A DNA stretch of 64,000 nucleotides from Muribaculaceae bacterium. Its GTDB lineage: Bacteria > Bacteroidota > Bacteroidia > Bacteroidales > Muribaculaceae. Position 1 is the first letter of the stretch, and each line of letters opens with the position of its first letter. A program made the translations under genes and the position numbers. The DNA is taken from NCBI GenBank assembly GCA_051871535.1, contig JBJECX010000006.1:9273-73272 (forward strand), in the 5' to 3' direction. A model generated the notes under the pieces. That model searched no databases. It saw only the letters and a list, made by a program, of their open reading frames with translations, and had not been told where the DNA came from. Shown here piece by piece: positions 18,720 to 30,400 of this stretch.

Positions 18720-19358
18720 TTATTTCTTCTTGCCCAAGAATTTCACTTCCACTTCCTCAACCTCGGCATCGGTGAACGTCTCCAGATTGTCGCCGTTGAG
18801 CACAGCCAGACGCGAAGCCATTTCCATGAATGTGGCACGCTCGAGAGCCTGGTTGAAGTCCTTGCCGCATACCACCTGACCATGCTTGAGCATGAATGCC
18901 GAATTGTGCTCCTTGAGGGCTGCAATCACAGCTTCGGCCAACTCAGGCGAGCCTGGACGATAGTAAGGAATCTCAGGAATCTCCACACCAACGTGATAAG
19001 GAACCTCGGCTGTTACATTGAGGCTCTTTGGGCGAACCTTCATGCACGATATTGCAGTGGCATACGGAGCCTGGAAGTGAAGCACCACCGTCTGGTCGGG
19101 ACGCTCGCGCAGCACGCCAAGGTGAAACACGCTCTCCATCGAGGGCTTGACGCCATTGAGAACCTCACCATCGGTAAAACGCACCACCGACACCTGCTCT
19201 TTTCTGATTTCGGGCACCCACGAGCCTGTACCGCTCACCAGCACCTCGTCGCCTATGCGCCACGACAGGTTGCCGCTGCTGCATACGGTTAATCCATATC
19301 GACCCACCTTGTGAGCCATTTCAACGAATTCTTCGATTTGTTGTTCGGTTATTTTCAT
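18720..19358 (-). CDS. fucA: Class II aldolase, L-fuculose-phosphate aldolase-like
   Basis: 212 aa; N-terminal ...GLTVCSSGNLSWR and His-containing motifs of the class II aldolase/adducin family. Sits between fucI and fucP. Confidence 0.7.
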   Translation of the reverse strand: MKITEQQIEEFVEMAHKVGRYGLTVCSSGNLSWRIGDEVLVSGTGSWVPEIRKEQVSVVRFTDGEVLNGVKPSMESVFHLGVLRERPDQTVVLHFQAPYATAISCMKVRPKSLNVTAEVPYHVGVEIPEIPYYRPGSPELAEAVIAALKEHNSAFMLKHGQVVCGKDFNQALERATFMEMASRLAVLNGDNLETFTDAEVEEVEVKFLGKKK

Positions 19359-19410
19359 TGTAAGAGAAAAAATAAGGAATGATTAAAGATTTTGTTTATT
19401 ATCAAAATAA

Positions 19411-19457
19411 CCTCTCGGGCGACAGCGGTGCCGGTTGTGCACTTCTCACCCGAGGGG
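19411..19457 (-). terminator. Intra-operon hairpin between fucI and fucA (possible partial terminator or processing site)
   Basis: CCTCTCGGGCG (19411-19421) pairs with CACCCGAGGGG (19447-19457), giving ~9-10 bp including one G-U. T/A-rich runs on both sides. Confidence 0.3.
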
Positions 19458-19487
19458 CGTTTTGTGTATGTCGAACTATCGGTTCAA

Positions 19488-21281
19488 TCACTTATACATT
19501 GGGCCGAAAGCAGCGCAAGCGCGGTAGTCCTGACCTTCCTTGTCCATGCCGAATGCGTTCCAGGCAGCCGGACGGAAGATGTCGTCCTCAGGCACGTTGT
19601 GCATCGACACCGGGATGCGCAAAATAGAGCACAGCGTGATGAGGTCGGCACCGATGTGGCCATAGCTGATGGCACCGTGGTTGGCACCCCAGTTGTTCAT
19701 CACATCGTAAGCGCTCTTGAATGCGCCCTTTCCGGTGAGGCGTGGAGCAAACCAGGTGCACGGCCAAGTGTAGTCGGTGCGCTTCCACAATTTGTCGCTC
19801 ACCTCGTCGGGCAGGTTCACTGTCCACCCTTCGGCAATCTGCAGCACCGGACCGAGGCCCTTCACCAGGTTCAGGCGAATCATAGTGACAGGCATTTCGG
19901 CACGAGTGAGGTAGCGCGACGAGTAGCCGCCGCCGCGGAAATATCCATAGTCGGCCTGACACCATTCGGTGGCAGCAAGCATCTTCTTCTGGTCGTCGTC
20001 TGTGACTTCATACCAAGGCTTCATCACATGGTTGCCCTCGGCATCGGTCACTTCGCCGCAAGCGTCGAGGCAGGCAGCGCCACTGTTAATAAGGTGCAAG
20101 AAGCCTTTCGACTCCTTGGCAACGCCTTCGAGGTCGTAGCCGGTGGTGCGCTTCACAGCCTCCGGGCTCCAGTAGGTGCGCACGTCGGCAAAGATTTGGG
20201 CGCGGTTGGTGAGCAGCTTCATGAACAGCATACCCAGGCCGTTAAGCACGTCGTTTTCGGTGGCAAGGATATATGGTTCGCGGGCACCGTTCCAGTCGAA
20301 CGACGAGTTGCAAAGCGCTTCGGCAAAGTCGCCGTTAGGATAGAAGTCGGTCCATTGACGTTGTCCCTGGAAACCGGCAGCGATGGCATTATGGCCCACC
20401 ATTTCCTCTTCGCAGCCCTTAGGCAGATTCTTGTTGCCGTTCATCAGGTCCTTGATGATAACCATCATCTTCACCACAAATTCCCAAGCCTCCTGTTTCT
20501 GCTCGGGTGTGCGCTGAAGTTCGGCAGGATTCTTGTCGAAGCCTTCGCGACAGTTAGCCTTGGTCCAGGCAAGAGCCTTCTGATATTCTTCTTCGTTGTA
20601 GATGCCTTCGGTCATGCGACGGATAATTTCCACTTCGTCGACACTTTCAACGCGCATGCCAAGGTATTCTTCGATGAATTGAGGGTCGATAATAGAGCCG
20701 CCGATACCCATGCAAATCGAGCCTATTTGCAACCACGATTTGCCACGCATGGTGGCAGCAGCCACAGCGGCACGGCCAAAGCGCAACAGTTTTTCGCGCA
20801 CGTCAGCCGGGATGGTGGAGTCGTCGGCATCCTGCACGTCGCGGCCATAGATGCCAAATGCAGGACGACCCTTTTGGGCATGGGTGGCAAGCACCGAAGC
20901 CAAATACACGGCGCCCGGACGCTCGGTGCCGTTGAAGCCCCATACGCCCTTGATGGTGAGCGGGTCCATATCCATTGTTTCGGCGCCATAGCACCAGCAA
21001 GGAGTGACGGTGAGCGTGATGTCGACGCCCGCCTTCTTAAACTTCTCGGCGCAAGCGGCACTTTCGCCCACACGGCCGATGGTGGTGTCGGCAATAACTA
21101 CCTTCACCGGTTCGCCGTTAGAGTAGCGGATATTCTCTTCAAATAGTTTGGCTGCAGCACGAGCCATGTTCATTGTTTGCTCTTCGAGCGATTCGCGCAC
21201 CTTGAGCACACCGCGGCGGCCGTCAATGGTAGGACGGATGCCAATTACCGGGTAATCACCCACAAGTCTGTTTTCTGCCAT
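19488..21281 (-). CDS. fucI: L-fucose isomerase
   Basis: 597 aa; [36 protein letters not shown]... and the full-length pattern are characteristic of FucI. Confidence 0.93.
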   Translation of the reverse strand: MAENRLVGDYPVIGIRPTIDGRRGVLKVRESLEEQTMNMARAAAKLFEENIRYSNGEPVKVVIADTTIGRVGESAACAEKFKKAGVDITLTVTPCWCYGAETMDMDPLTIKGVWGFNGTERPGAVYLASVLATHAQKGRPAFGIYGRDVQDADDSTIPADVREKLLRFGRAAVAAATMRGKSWLQIGSICMGIGGSIIDPQFIEEYLGMRVESVDEVEIIRRMTEGIYNEEEYQKALAWTKANCREGFDKNPAELQRTPEQKQEAWEFVVKMMVIIKDLMNGNKNLPKGCEEEMVGHNAIAAGFQGQRQWTDFYPNGDFAEALCNSSFDWNGAREPYILATENDVLNGLGMLFMKLLTNRAQIFADVRTYWSPEAVKRTTGYDLEGVAKESKGFLHLINSGAACLDACGEVTDAEGNHVMKPWYEVTDDDQKKMLAATEWCQADYGYFRGGGYSSRYLTRAEMPVTMIRLNLVKGLGPVLQIAEGWTVNLPDEVSDKLWKRTDYTWPCTWFAPRLTGKGAFKSAYDVMNNWGANHGAISYGHIGADLITLCSILRIPVSMHNVPEDDIFRPAAWNAFGMDKEGQDYRACAAFGPMYK

Positions 21282-21576
21282 AGAATAGGTATTTAGTTAT
21301 TTTAAAAAGTTTTTTTGGTTAGAATAGTTGGTTATTAATTTTATTGAGTTGTCCACGAAGATACACAAAAAATATGAAATAACGGCAAAAGCGACGCATA
21401 ATTAACCCCGCCCCTCGGCTTTTTTTTCACATTCTTAAGAAAAACTCACCCGCCGGCTGCCACTCACCGCCAAGCGCCACCATATCTGTTGCATGCCGCA
21501 CACGGCTTTGCCAGGCGCAATGGCGTTGAGGGAAATATTTTCGGGCAATCAGCACTTGTTTTGGATAATTTTTCAG

Positions 21577-21584
21577 TAATTTTG
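21577..21584 (+). promoter_or_regulatory. Candidate -7 box TAATTTTG
   Basis: TAnnTTTG match 47 nt upstream of ATG 21631. Confidence 0.35.
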
Positions 21585-21630
21585 AAGTCACTAAACAATA
21601 CCAACAAACCAATACATATTTTAAACCTTT

Positions 21631-22512
21631 ATGATTAAGCTACAGAATTGTGAACTGGAGATTGCTGTGAAGCTGCATGGCGCCGAACTATGCAGCATAG
21701 TGAAGAACGGCTGCGAGCACTTGTGGAACGCCGACGCTGCCATTTGGGCGCGCCACTCGCCTGTGCTGTTTCCCATTGTGGGGCGGGTGTGGGACAACCG
21801 CTACCGTGTGCTGAACCGCGAATACAGCCTGCCGCAGCACGGCTTTGCCCGCGACATGGATTTTACGCCGGTTGAACAGACTCCGTGCAGCGCCACGTTT
21901 GTGCTGGAGAGCAACGAAGAGACGCTTGCCAAATACCCCTACCCTTTTCGCCTTACCATCGGCTACCGTCTTGAAGGCAACCGTGTGGTGGTGAGCTGGG
22001 ATGTTGAAAACACCGGCGAGGGCGCCATGCACTTCCAGATTGGCGCTCACCCGGCATTTGTGCTGCCCGACTTCGACGCTGCCGACCCGACTCCGCGAGG
22101 CTATTTCACCTTCAAGGGCAACAAACAGCTCTATTACACCCATCCGGGCGAGAAGGGCTGCGCTGCCACCGAGGTGACCGAATTCCTGCCCGATTGCGGC
22201 AGCATGCTTGCCATCACGCCCAATGCTTTCGGCCCCGACACCTATATGTTCGAAAACAATCAGCTCACCGGTGTGGGCATCGTCGACAAGCAGCAACAGC
22301 CCTACATCGACGTTGAATTCTCTGCCCCGCTGCTGGCGCTGTGGGCTCCGGTGAAGGCTCACCCCGAATGTCCGTTTGTGTGCATCGAGCCATGGTATGG
22401 CCGCTGCGACTATATGCACTACGAGGGCGATTTTGCTTCGCGTCCGTGGATGAACCACCTGGGCGCCGGCGAGCACTTCAAAGCCGAATACACCATTACG
22501 GTGCACCGCTGA
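21631..22512 (+). CDS. Aldose 1-epimerase family protein (mutarotase-like)
   Basis: 293 aa; SPVLFPIVGRV...LPQHGFAR and ...HPAF...EPW motifs of the aldose epimerase family. Divergent from fucI. Confidence 0.7.
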   Translation: MIKLQNCELEIAVKLHGAELCSIVKNGCEHLWNADAAIWARHSPVLFPIVGRVWDNRYRVLNREYSLPQHGFARDMDFTPVEQTPCSATFVLESNEETLAKYPYPFRLTIGYRLEGNRVVVSWDVENTGEGAMHFQIGAHPAFVLPDFDAADPTPRGYFTFKGNKQLYYTHPGEKGCAATEVTEFLPDCGSMLAITPNAFGPDTYMFENNQLTGVGIVDKQQQPYIDVEFSAPLLALWAPVKAHPECPFVCIEPWYGRCDYMHYEGDFASRPWMNHLGAGEHFKAEYTITVHR

Positions 22513-22549
22513 TGCCCAGAAAGGCGCCAATGCACCGTGACAAAATAAT

Positions 22550-22596
22550 GCCCCGGGCGATGCTGATGATAGCGCATCGTCCGGGGCAAGTTTTTT
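22550..22596 (+). terminator. Rho-independent terminator
   Basis: GCCCCGGGCGATGC (22550-22563) pairs with GCATCGTCCGGGGC (22574-22587) with one mismatch, then TTTTTT (22591-22596). Confidence 0.75.
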
Positions 22597-22618
22597 CAGT
22601 GATTATGTAACAATAAGA

Positions 22619-23686
22619 TTAGAATACAACGAACTTCTTGCCGTTCTTGATGTAGATGCCTGGAACGGTGGTGTCAGTTACCTTGCGGCCCATGATGTCG
22701 AATGTAGGAGCATTTTCGTCGTCCTTATCAGCCTTGACGGTTGATATGGCATCCAGTGCGCCCCATGCAAATTCAAGTATACCTTCTGTGTAATTACTCT
22801 CGTCATTATAATTTGGCATGTGTTCACAATAGCCCCACAGCATGCCACCTGTTGAACCGTCTGAGGTAAACATGCAACCTATGTCCTCAGGATTAAAATA
22901 ATATTTATCAGCATACGACCCGTCAAGATAATAGAAATAGTCTCCATTCATCTCGTAACTATCATAAAATGGGTTCTCAGCTAACATAACGATATCGCCA
23001 TCTACATTAAACTTTATATATGAACCTAAGATTTCGAGTTCATATTGATAGCCTAATTCCTTAGCATCGTCATCAGAATACTTTGAAAGAGTTCCTTCAC
23101 CACCGAAACTAATTTCTGACGAGTAGTTCTCTCTCGAATCGTATTGTTCTTCACTTTCGTTATGCAAATAATATGCATAGTGCCCGTTAGCAGTCCATTC
23201 AGGAATTACTGCAACTGTATAAGTATCGGTTTGAATCATATAGATTAGCTCTTCTTCACCATACTTATACGAAACAACATAATAGAAAGTTAGTGTACCA
23301 TCGGAATTGATTGTGCCAACAATTGGTTTTGTCACATCAGCCAAACCTTTTCCATATCCATCAGTGCCAAACTCATCAGGAGCACCGCAATAGGTGTAAT
23401 ATGATGCTGCAGTGGCAGCAACGGTGATTGTGCCTGCTGTGATGTCAACAGTGCCAGAAAAAGTAGCTCCAGTGTTTGCAAAGTTCTTGATGGTGATTGT
23501 GTTGTCGCCAGTCTTTGCAATAGTGGTTTTAAATGCATCGGTGTAGTCAGACCAATTGTCTGCAGTTGTGCCATAACTACCAGTTTGAGAAACTTTATAA
23601 CTTCCTACCAGTTCGTCTACCGATTCGATTGCGTTAGCTGCAAACACGCTCAATGCTGCAGCGACAAGTAAAGTAAATTTTTTCAT
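22619..23686 (-). CDS. Secreted protein with a T9SS-type C-terminal sorting tail
   Basis: Signal peptide MKKFTLLVAAALSVFAANA. C-terminus ...FDIMGRKVTDTTVPGIYIKNGKKFVVF resembles Por-secretion tails. Clearly lower GC than its neighbours. Confidence 0.55.
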   Translation of the reverse strand: MKKFTLLVAAALSVFAANAIESVDELVGSYKVSQTGSYGTTADNWSDYTDAFKTTIAKTGDNTITIKNFANTGATFSGTVDITAGTITVAATAASYYTYCGAPDEFGTDGYGKGLADVTKPIVGTINSDGTLTFYYVVSYKYGEEELIYMIQTDTYTVAVIPEWTANGHYAYYLHNESEEQYDSRENYSSEISFGGEGTLSKYSDDDAKELGYQYELEILGSYIKFNVDGDIVMLAENPFYDSYEMNGDYFYYLDGSYADKYYFNPEDIGCMFTSDGSTGGMLWGYCEHMPNYNDESNYTEGILEFAWGALDAISTVKADKDDENAPTFDIMGRKVTDTTVPGIYIKNGKKFVVF

Positions 23687-23745
23687 ACGCTACAAAAAAA
23701 ATTAAGTTTGAAATAAAATAATAGTTATGTTAATTATAAAAATAT

Positions 23746-23773
23746 GGGCGAGGCTTTTTCAGGGCACTCGCCC
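23746..23773 (-). terminator. Hairpin downstream of the 23796-24554 gene
   Basis: GGGCGAG (23746-23752) pairs with CTCGCCC (23767-23773). A T-run follows on the minus strand. Confidence 0.4.
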
Positions 23774-23795
23774 TGTTATTGTCATGTAAGTTTTA

Positions 23796-24554
23796 CTATT
23801 CTGCTGCTGCCCAGGTGTAATAGTCATAACCCTCGCTTGAGCCGCGTGTGGCTTTAGCATAGAAGTAAAGCTCAAGGTTTTCGCGGTCGAAATAACTGTC
23901 GGCTTGGTTGATAAGCAAACCGTTCTTCACACGCACATTTGAGTTACCAGTTTTCATTTTTATCCAACCAGTAGTTGCGTCAACCTCGCCATTGAGGATG
24001 TTAATGGTGTTGTTGGCATTTACGGTGAACACCAAGTCGTAGCCCTCAGCGCCATAGAAGCCTTTGATGGTGAACGTGCCGAATCTGTCCTGAGAGGTGC
24101 GTTCCTCCACGATGGTGGCATCGTACGAGCCGTTGGGGACCACCGCGCTGGTCAATACGCCCGAGTCGTTGAGAGCAGTGTAGAACGATGTGGAGCACGT
24201 CAAGATGGCTTCGTCGGAAGCCGTAACAGCTTCGTCAGCCATAGATGGATAAGCCCAGAGGTGCAGGGTGTATTCGCTGAGCAGTGCCAGTCCGCTGAAC
24301 GAAACGGTAGTGACGCTGGTTACACCGCCTTCCACTATTTCGCCCATGCTGTCGCAGAGTTTATAGCCATATTGCACAGCCCCGTCAACAGCGCTCCACT
24401 CAAAGGAGAGGCTATTGTGAGATGCCTGAGTGACCTGAATGGAAGGTATGTCGATTGGTGTCTTCACCGGGTCGTCGTCGCTACACGATGTGGTGCACAT
24501 TGCTGCAATGGCAACCAATGAGCAAGCTATATTTGAAAACTTAAAGAATCTCAT
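23796..24554 (-). CDS. PUL-associated lipoprotein with an FN3-like domain
   Basis: ATG 24554 gives MRFFKFSNIACSLVAIAAMCTTSC (lipobox). SLSFEWSAVDGAVQYGYKL...SEYTLHLWAYP is FN3-like. Lies downstream of SusD. Confidence 0.6.
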   Translation of the reverse strand: MRFFKFSNIACSLVAIAAMCTTSCSDDDPVKTPIDIPSIQVTQASHNSLSFEWSAVDGAVQYGYKLCDSMGEIVEGGVTSVTTVSFSGLALLSEYTLHLWAYPSMADEAVTASDEAILTCSTSFYTALNDSGVLTSAVVPNGSYDATIVEERTSQDRFGTFTIKGFYGAEGYDLVFTVNANNTINILNGEVDATTGWIKMKTGNSNVRVKNGLLINQADSYFDRENLELYFYAKATRGSSEGYDYYTWAAAE

Positions 24555-24576
24555 AATCAATTGAGCTGATGGTTAA

Positions 24577-25524
24577 TTAGTAGTAAAGATAGATGTCAAA
24601 GCTCACATAGTCACCGTCGTCGATGATGACGCTGTTGATTGAGCCATAGGAGTAGTAGAACGTACCTGCCGAAGTGGTATACTCATATTTCTGGAGATAG
24701 ATGCTGAAATAGTTGAAACCTTCGTAAGGATAGTAGAAATAGATATAGTCGGCAATAGGCGTTGTAGAGCCCTTAGGAGTCCAAGCGGCGTATGTGGCGT
24801 TTTCATCGTTGGCAGCCTGTTCTTCTTTCATAAAGTACCAGCCGTAATCGTCGCCAGAGCAGTGGTTGAGCGGAGTGACAGCGCCGTAACTGTTGGTTAC
24901 GTCTTCGGAATCGAAGTTGCCATCGATGCGGAATTGCAGGTCGATGCCCGAGCCGAGGAAGTTGCGCCAGATGAAGCGGTTGTCGTTGCCAAGCTGGTAG
25001 ATTGCCATGTCGTCGACGCCGGCAAAGTAGTCGACACCCGAGCCGCTGACCGTCACGCTGATGTTCTCGCTGATGGTTTTGAGCTTATACACCGACAGGC
25101 TGTGGCGCATCGAGCCATCCTTTATCTTATACGGGTTGCCGTAGCGCTCGTCGATGAGCAGTTCGCACTTAGGCGTTGTCAAGAGGTCGCTATAGGTGAG
25201 TTGAATGGTGGTTTCGGCTTCGCCGGCAGCAAAATTGGCAGTAGCCGGGCAAGTGATGTTGTCGGTTTTGTTAATCACGCTGATGGGCACCTGGGCAGCT
25301 TCATTGGTGCGGGTGCGCGCCACCACCACGTCAATCACGCGTTCGTCGGCATCGGCACGCATCACCATGCTTTCGTTGGTGCTTGGGAAATATACACCCA
25401 TATTGTCGTCGCCCACAGGCTGTGGCGCATCGTAAGGCACATCGTCGGTTTTGCACGATGTGATGCCAACAACCAGCGCCAGCGCCATTGTCAGTGAAGC
25501 GATATATTTATGCTTTGTTATCAT
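24577..25524 (-). CDS. PUL-associated hypothetical lipoprotein (SusE/F-position surface protein)
   Basis: Lipobox VVGITSC. Located directly downstream of SusD. No family recognised. Confidence 0.55.
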   Translation of the reverse strand: MITKHKYIASLTMALALVVGITSCKTDDVPYDAPQPVGDDNMGVYFPSTNESMVMRADADERVIDVVVARTRTNEAAQVPISVINKTDNITCPATANFAAGEAETTIQLTYSDLLTTPKCELLIDERYGNPYKIKDGSMRHSLSVYKLKTISENISVTVSGSGVDYFAGVDDMAIYQLGNDNRFIWRNFLGSGIDLQFRIDGNFDSEDVTNSYGAVTPLNHCSGDDYGWYFMKEEQAANDENATYAAWTPKGSTTPIADYIYFYYPYEGFNYFSIYLQKYEYTTSAGTFYYSYGSINSVIIDDGDYVSFDIYLYY

Positions 25525-25617
25525 AGTGTTAAGCGTTTTTTATTTTTTCTGGAATATTCTTCAATTCTGTTTCTTGCGAAAAAATGTTTTTTATCTGTGT
25601 GAGAAACCGCAGTGATT

Positions 25618-27393
25618 TTATCTCACCGTTGCCTTGATGCAACCCGAGGTGTCGGGGTTAGGCACGATGTTCGGATTCATTTCGTACTCATATTCAAGGA
25701 TGAAGAAGTTCATCCACGGAGCCACATAACCCTCCATCGAGTCGAGCAAGAACTGGTCCTCATAGTTGGTGTTGTCGCTGCGGCGCACTTGCATGCGCAG
25801 GCGCTTGAGGTCGAAGTAGTTGATGCCTTCACCCCAGAACTCGATGCGCTTTTGCGTCATGAGCTGCGAGAGGAACAATGGTATGCTCACCGGGTTGCGG
25901 GCGGTGTATGAGCCATCGGTGTAGCGATAGGTGTTGATGAAATCGCGCAGCGCAGTGGTGCCGGCAGCCAAACCGTCGAGGTAGGCAGTGGTTTCAATCT
26001 CGATAAACTTCATTTCCTCAACACGCATGAGCGGGATGTCGGTGAGCATACCCACTTCGTAGTCCGACTTGCCACCGGGAGCGTAACGGAACTTGGTGTT
26101 GGTGTAGGCAGGGAGCGCCTTCCATTCGTCGGCGGTGAGGTTGGTGAGGTTAATCTTGGTGCCGTTGATTTCCTGTTGAGTGAAGCGGGCGTAGCCTTCG
26201 TCGGTGCCGGCATAGTTGGGGTCAATCCACGACCAGCGGCGCCAGTCGCCTTCTTCAATCATGCTGTAGAGCGCGCTGCCAATCATGCGCACAGCGTTGT
26301 AGCCGCGTGCCATGCTCCAGTCGGCTTCGCTGTTGATGGTGCCTTGGAAACTGCAGTAGATGTAACCGAGCTGCTCCTTGGTGGTGGTTTCGATATCCCA
26401 CATCCACGAGTCGACAGGTGTGTTGAAGCCGGTCTCGTTGTTGAGCCATTGCTCAGCGGTGGTTATACTATAGCCCACTTGAGCCTTGCGGGCATATTCG
26501 CGTGCCAAGGAGTAGCAGTCTCTTGCGCTGGTCACGTTCATCTTGTCGTAGGTGTCGCTGCTCGAGTCGCTCTCAATCATTGCCTGAAGGTCTTCGGGCG
26601 AGTTCTCGAAACGAGTTCCCAGTTCCAGATAGAGGCGAGCCTTGAGGCCGTAAACCACGCTCTTGTTAGGCAGCGTCTTGCTGGCGCGGCTGAACCCGTC
26701 GATATATTTTTCGGCATTGTTGAGGTCGGTGATGATGAAGCGATACATATCGGTGAACTTGGCGCGCGAGTTCTGTTTGATTTGTTCAAGCGTCATGTCC
26801 TCGGTGACGATGGGCACTGTCAAGCCCCAGCTGCCAAGCTCGTCGGCCTTCGAGTCGACCGAAGCCACGCCGGTGCGCTTGTATTCAAACAAGCGAGCCA
26901 TGTCGAGGTAAGCCATTGCACGATAGGCAAGAGCGCAACCCAGATACTGGCGCGACAATGTAGAACAATCCTCCGGGTCGACAATGCCGATGAGGTTGTT
27001 GCAGCACTTCACGAGGTTGTAGTAGAAGCGATAGGTATAATATGGAGTAAAGCGGGTTTCGGTGCCGGCTTCCACCGGATACCAGTAGTTGTAGCCGCTT
27101 GACAACGCCGGGAAGTCGCCGCCGAGAGTTTCGCGGAAGAACATCTGGCAAGGATAACCCCAGTCGTTCACGGGATGGGTTTGACCGCCCCACGAGTCGT
27201 AGGAAATCATATAAGAGACAATGCCGTTGAGCAAACCCTCTTGCGACGAAGCCATCTCTTTCACCTGGTCGGAAGTGAGCACATCGGTGGGTAGAGTGGT
27301 GTCGATACACGAAGTGGCGGAAATCATGGCAGCAAACGCCAGAGCCACACACTTGGTCTTGATGCTTATTTTATTGAATATGTTGGTTGTCAT
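25618..27393 (-). CDS. susD: SusD/RagB family nutrient-binding outer-membrane lipoprotein
   Basis: 591 aa; lipobox ISATSC. TPR-like helical N-half and position directly after SusC. Confidence 0.85.
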   Translation of the reverse strand: MTTNIFNKISIKTKCVALAFAAMISATSCIDTTLPTDVLTSDQVKEMASSQEGLLNGIVSYMISYDSWGGQTHPVNDWGYPCQMFFRETLGGDFPALSSGYNYWYPVEAGTETRFTPYYTYRFYYNLVKCCNNLIGIVDPEDCSTLSRQYLGCALAYRAMAYLDMARLFEYKRTGVASVDSKADELGSWGLTVPIVTEDMTLEQIKQNSRAKFTDMYRFIITDLNNAEKYIDGFSRASKTLPNKSVVYGLKARLYLELGTRFENSPEDLQAMIESDSSSDTYDKMNVTSARDCYSLAREYARKAQVGYSITTAEQWLNNETGFNTPVDSWMWDIETTTKEQLGYIYCSFQGTINSEADWSMARGYNAVRMIGSALYSMIEEGDWRRWSWIDPNYAGTDEGYARFTQQEINGTKINLTNLTADEWKALPAYTNTKFRYAPGGKSDYEVGMLTDIPLMRVEEMKFIEIETTAYLDGLAAGTTALRDFINTYRYTDGSYTARNPVSIPLFLSQLMTQKRIEFWGEGINYFDLKRLRMQVRRSDNTNYEDQFLLDSMEGYVAPWMNFFILEYEYEMNPNIVPNPDTSGCIKATVR

Positions 27394-27417
27394 TGTTTCA
27401 ATATTTTTTAGGGATTA

Positions 27418-30400
27418 TCAGAATGTAACCTTCACACCGCCCGAGATGGTTGCCGAAGGGCTGTAGCTGTAGGTGTTATCGGTGTCGCCGGTGAACGAAC
27501 TGCGAGGGTCGAAGCCGCGGCGTGCACTCCAGTAGTAGAGGTTAGAACCGGCTGCATAGATGCGCACGTTGCTCAATCCTACCGAACGTACCCACTTGGT
27601 AGGCAGCGTGTAACCCAAGTTGATGTTCTGCAGGGTGAGATTGCTTGCGCTGCAGAGAAAGCGGTCGCTCGAAGCAGAAGAGTTGCTGTCGCCGTATTGC
27701 AGGCGCGGTATGTTGCTGTCGGTGTTGGTTGGCGACCAAGCGTTGAGGATGTCCTTGTGGAGCGAGTGGCCGCCGTTGATGCCCGTAGGCGTGGTCATTG
27801 ATGCCGCATAGCCGTGGTCGTAAGCCTTGCCGCCAAGCGAATAGGTGAACGACACGTTGATGTCGAAACCGTAAAGCGAGAGCGAGGTGCCGAAACCGCC
27901 GTAAACGGTTGGGTGCGGGTCGCCGCACAGATAGGAGGTGGCGTTGCCATAGACGTCGGTCACACCCAGTGTGCCGTCGCTCTTGGTGTAATACCAAGTC
28001 GACTTACCTTCCTCACTGACACCGGCATAGCGCTTCAAATACCATTGATAGATTGGCAGGCCCTCGCAATACACGTTGTTCACCGAGGTGTAGCCGGCGT
28101 GGCCGTCGACCTCGAAGCCTTCTTTGAGCGATGGAGCCAGCTTCACGATGCGGTTCTTATAGAGAGTGGCGTTGAGATTAACATCCCATGTGAAATTGGC
28201 GGTATTGATAATCGAGCCGTTGAGCTCAATTTCCACACCCTTGTTCACCATGTCGCCGATGTTGTCGTAGGTGCCGTTGTAGCCCGAGCTGTAAGGAGCA
28301 ATCACAAAGCAGAGCATGTCGGTGGTCTTCTTGTAGAAGTATTCCACACCACCGCGCAAGCGGCTGCCGAACAGCTCAAACTCGATGCCGGCATTCATGT
28401 TGTTGTTGGTTTCCCAAGTGATGTTTTCGTTACCCTTGTTGGAGAGCACCAGACCAAGCTGGTTGTTGCTGTTGACAATATCGTAGGTGTCGATATAGCG
28501 GTAGTCGCCGATTTTGTCGTTACCCTGCTGGCCAAACGATGCCTTGAGCTTGAGCAGGTTGAGCCAACTGCCGGAGTTGTTCATAAACGATTCCTTCGAA
28601 ATAATCCAGGCACCGCCAACCGAGTAGAAGTTACCCCAGCGGTGGTCGGGGTGGAAACGGCTCGAAGCGTCGCGACGATAAGAGATGTTGGCGAAATAGC
28701 GCTGTGCATAGTCATACTGGCCGCGGAAGAAGAAACCTTCGGAGTTATAGTCGCTCATGGCATCGCTGGCGTCGCTCACCTGAATGGCGCCCGAAAGCGT
28801 CTGGTTGAAGAAATAGTTAGCCATATTCTTCCTTGTACCCGACAGATACTCGTAGCTCTGCTTGTAGTATTCGTGACCCAGAAGCAGCTCGATGTGGTTG
28901 TTGCCAAATTCGCGCTGATAGTTGATGAGTTGTTGGAAATTGTAGGAATAGGTCTGGGTGCTGTATTTTGTGATAGTACCGTTCGAGGTGTTGTCCTCCC
29001 AATAGCCGTAGAATGGGTTGGCAGTTTCAAGGCCCTTGGTGAAGCGGTTCGACACCGTTCCGTTCACGGTCACCTTCAAGCCCTTCACCTGTTGGGGCGT
29101 GATGTCGGCATAACCGTAAATCGAGAATGCGTCCTCTTTGAACTTGTTCACGTTCAAGCTGTTGTCCTGCAGAGGGTTGATGTTAGGCAGCACAGGGCGA
29201 GTCAAACCTATTTCGTCGCCATCGCCGTAGTCGTACATCACGCCGTTTTCGTCGCGCATGATGTTGCCGGCACCATCGCGGATGTAAGCGGGATAGATAG
29301 GCGCCATATTGTTCACCTGATAGAACACGCCGCTATCGTCGCTTGGCACGGTGTGATACTGGCTGTGAGCGAAGTTGATGTTTGTGCCAATCTTAACCCA
29401 GTCCTTCAAGCGGTAGTCGGCCTTGACGCGAGCCGAATAGCGGTCGTAGTCGCTGTTGTAAACAGTACCCTCGTTGTTGAGGTAGCCCAACGAGCCGTAG
29501 AACTGCAGACGGTCGTTACCGCCGGTGACGTTGAGGTTATACTCTTGGCGCATGCCGTGGCGGAAAGCCAGCTTCTGCCAATCGTCGGGCGTGATGGTGT
29601 AGAAGTTGCCATTGTTGTATACACGGCGTCCAAGTGAGGCGTTAGGGTTCATGCGGCCGTTTTCGCCGATGAAATACTCGCCGTCGGGCACCGTGTAGCA
29701 GATATAACCCAAACCGCCCACACCGGCTTCGCCTGCCATCTGGGCATTGGCAAGTGCAGTGGCATCTTGTGCGTTCACGCCGAGCGAATTGGTCTGATAG
29801 TTATAGAGTGCTTTATAATATGTCTCGTAGTAAAGAGCCGGATTCTTGATAGTCTCGTAGTCGCGCGAGATGCGAATGTTAGAACCCAATCGGGCATCGA
29901 GCGTCACCACAGCCTGACCTTGTGCCGAACGCTTGGTGGTGACCATAATCACACCGTTAGCGCCACGGGCACCGTAGAGCGCCGTCGACGAAGCATCCTT
30001 GAGCACTGTCACCGATGCCACGTCGGCAGGGTTAAGGTTGTTCCAACCGCCATCGTATGGGGCGCCGTCAACCACAATAAGAGGGTCTTTGCCGGCGCTG
30101 ATACTGCTGAAACCGCGCACGCGAATCGATGGTGTGGCAGTAGGGTCGCCGCTGTTGTTCACCATCTGCACACCGGCAGCCTCGCCCTGCAACGCACTCA
30201 TCACATTGGTCAGCTGCTTGGTCTCGATGGTCTTGGCTTGCACCACGGCAGCCGAACCGGCAAATGCCGAACGCTTCTGCTCGCCGAAAGCAGTAACCAC
30301 CACTTCCTCGAGCACCTGCTCATCGCTGTCAAGGGTAATTTTCATGTCCTTCGACACTGTCACCACTTGTGGTTTCATTCCCACATAAGTAATCTCGATT

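Noticed and set aside
19392-21146. 584 aa plus-strand ORF.
   Set aside because: It is fully antisense to fucI, whose identity is unambiguous.
27814-29637. 607 aa plus-strand ORF.
   Set aside because: It is antisense to susC and has the valine-rich composition typical of a shadow frame.
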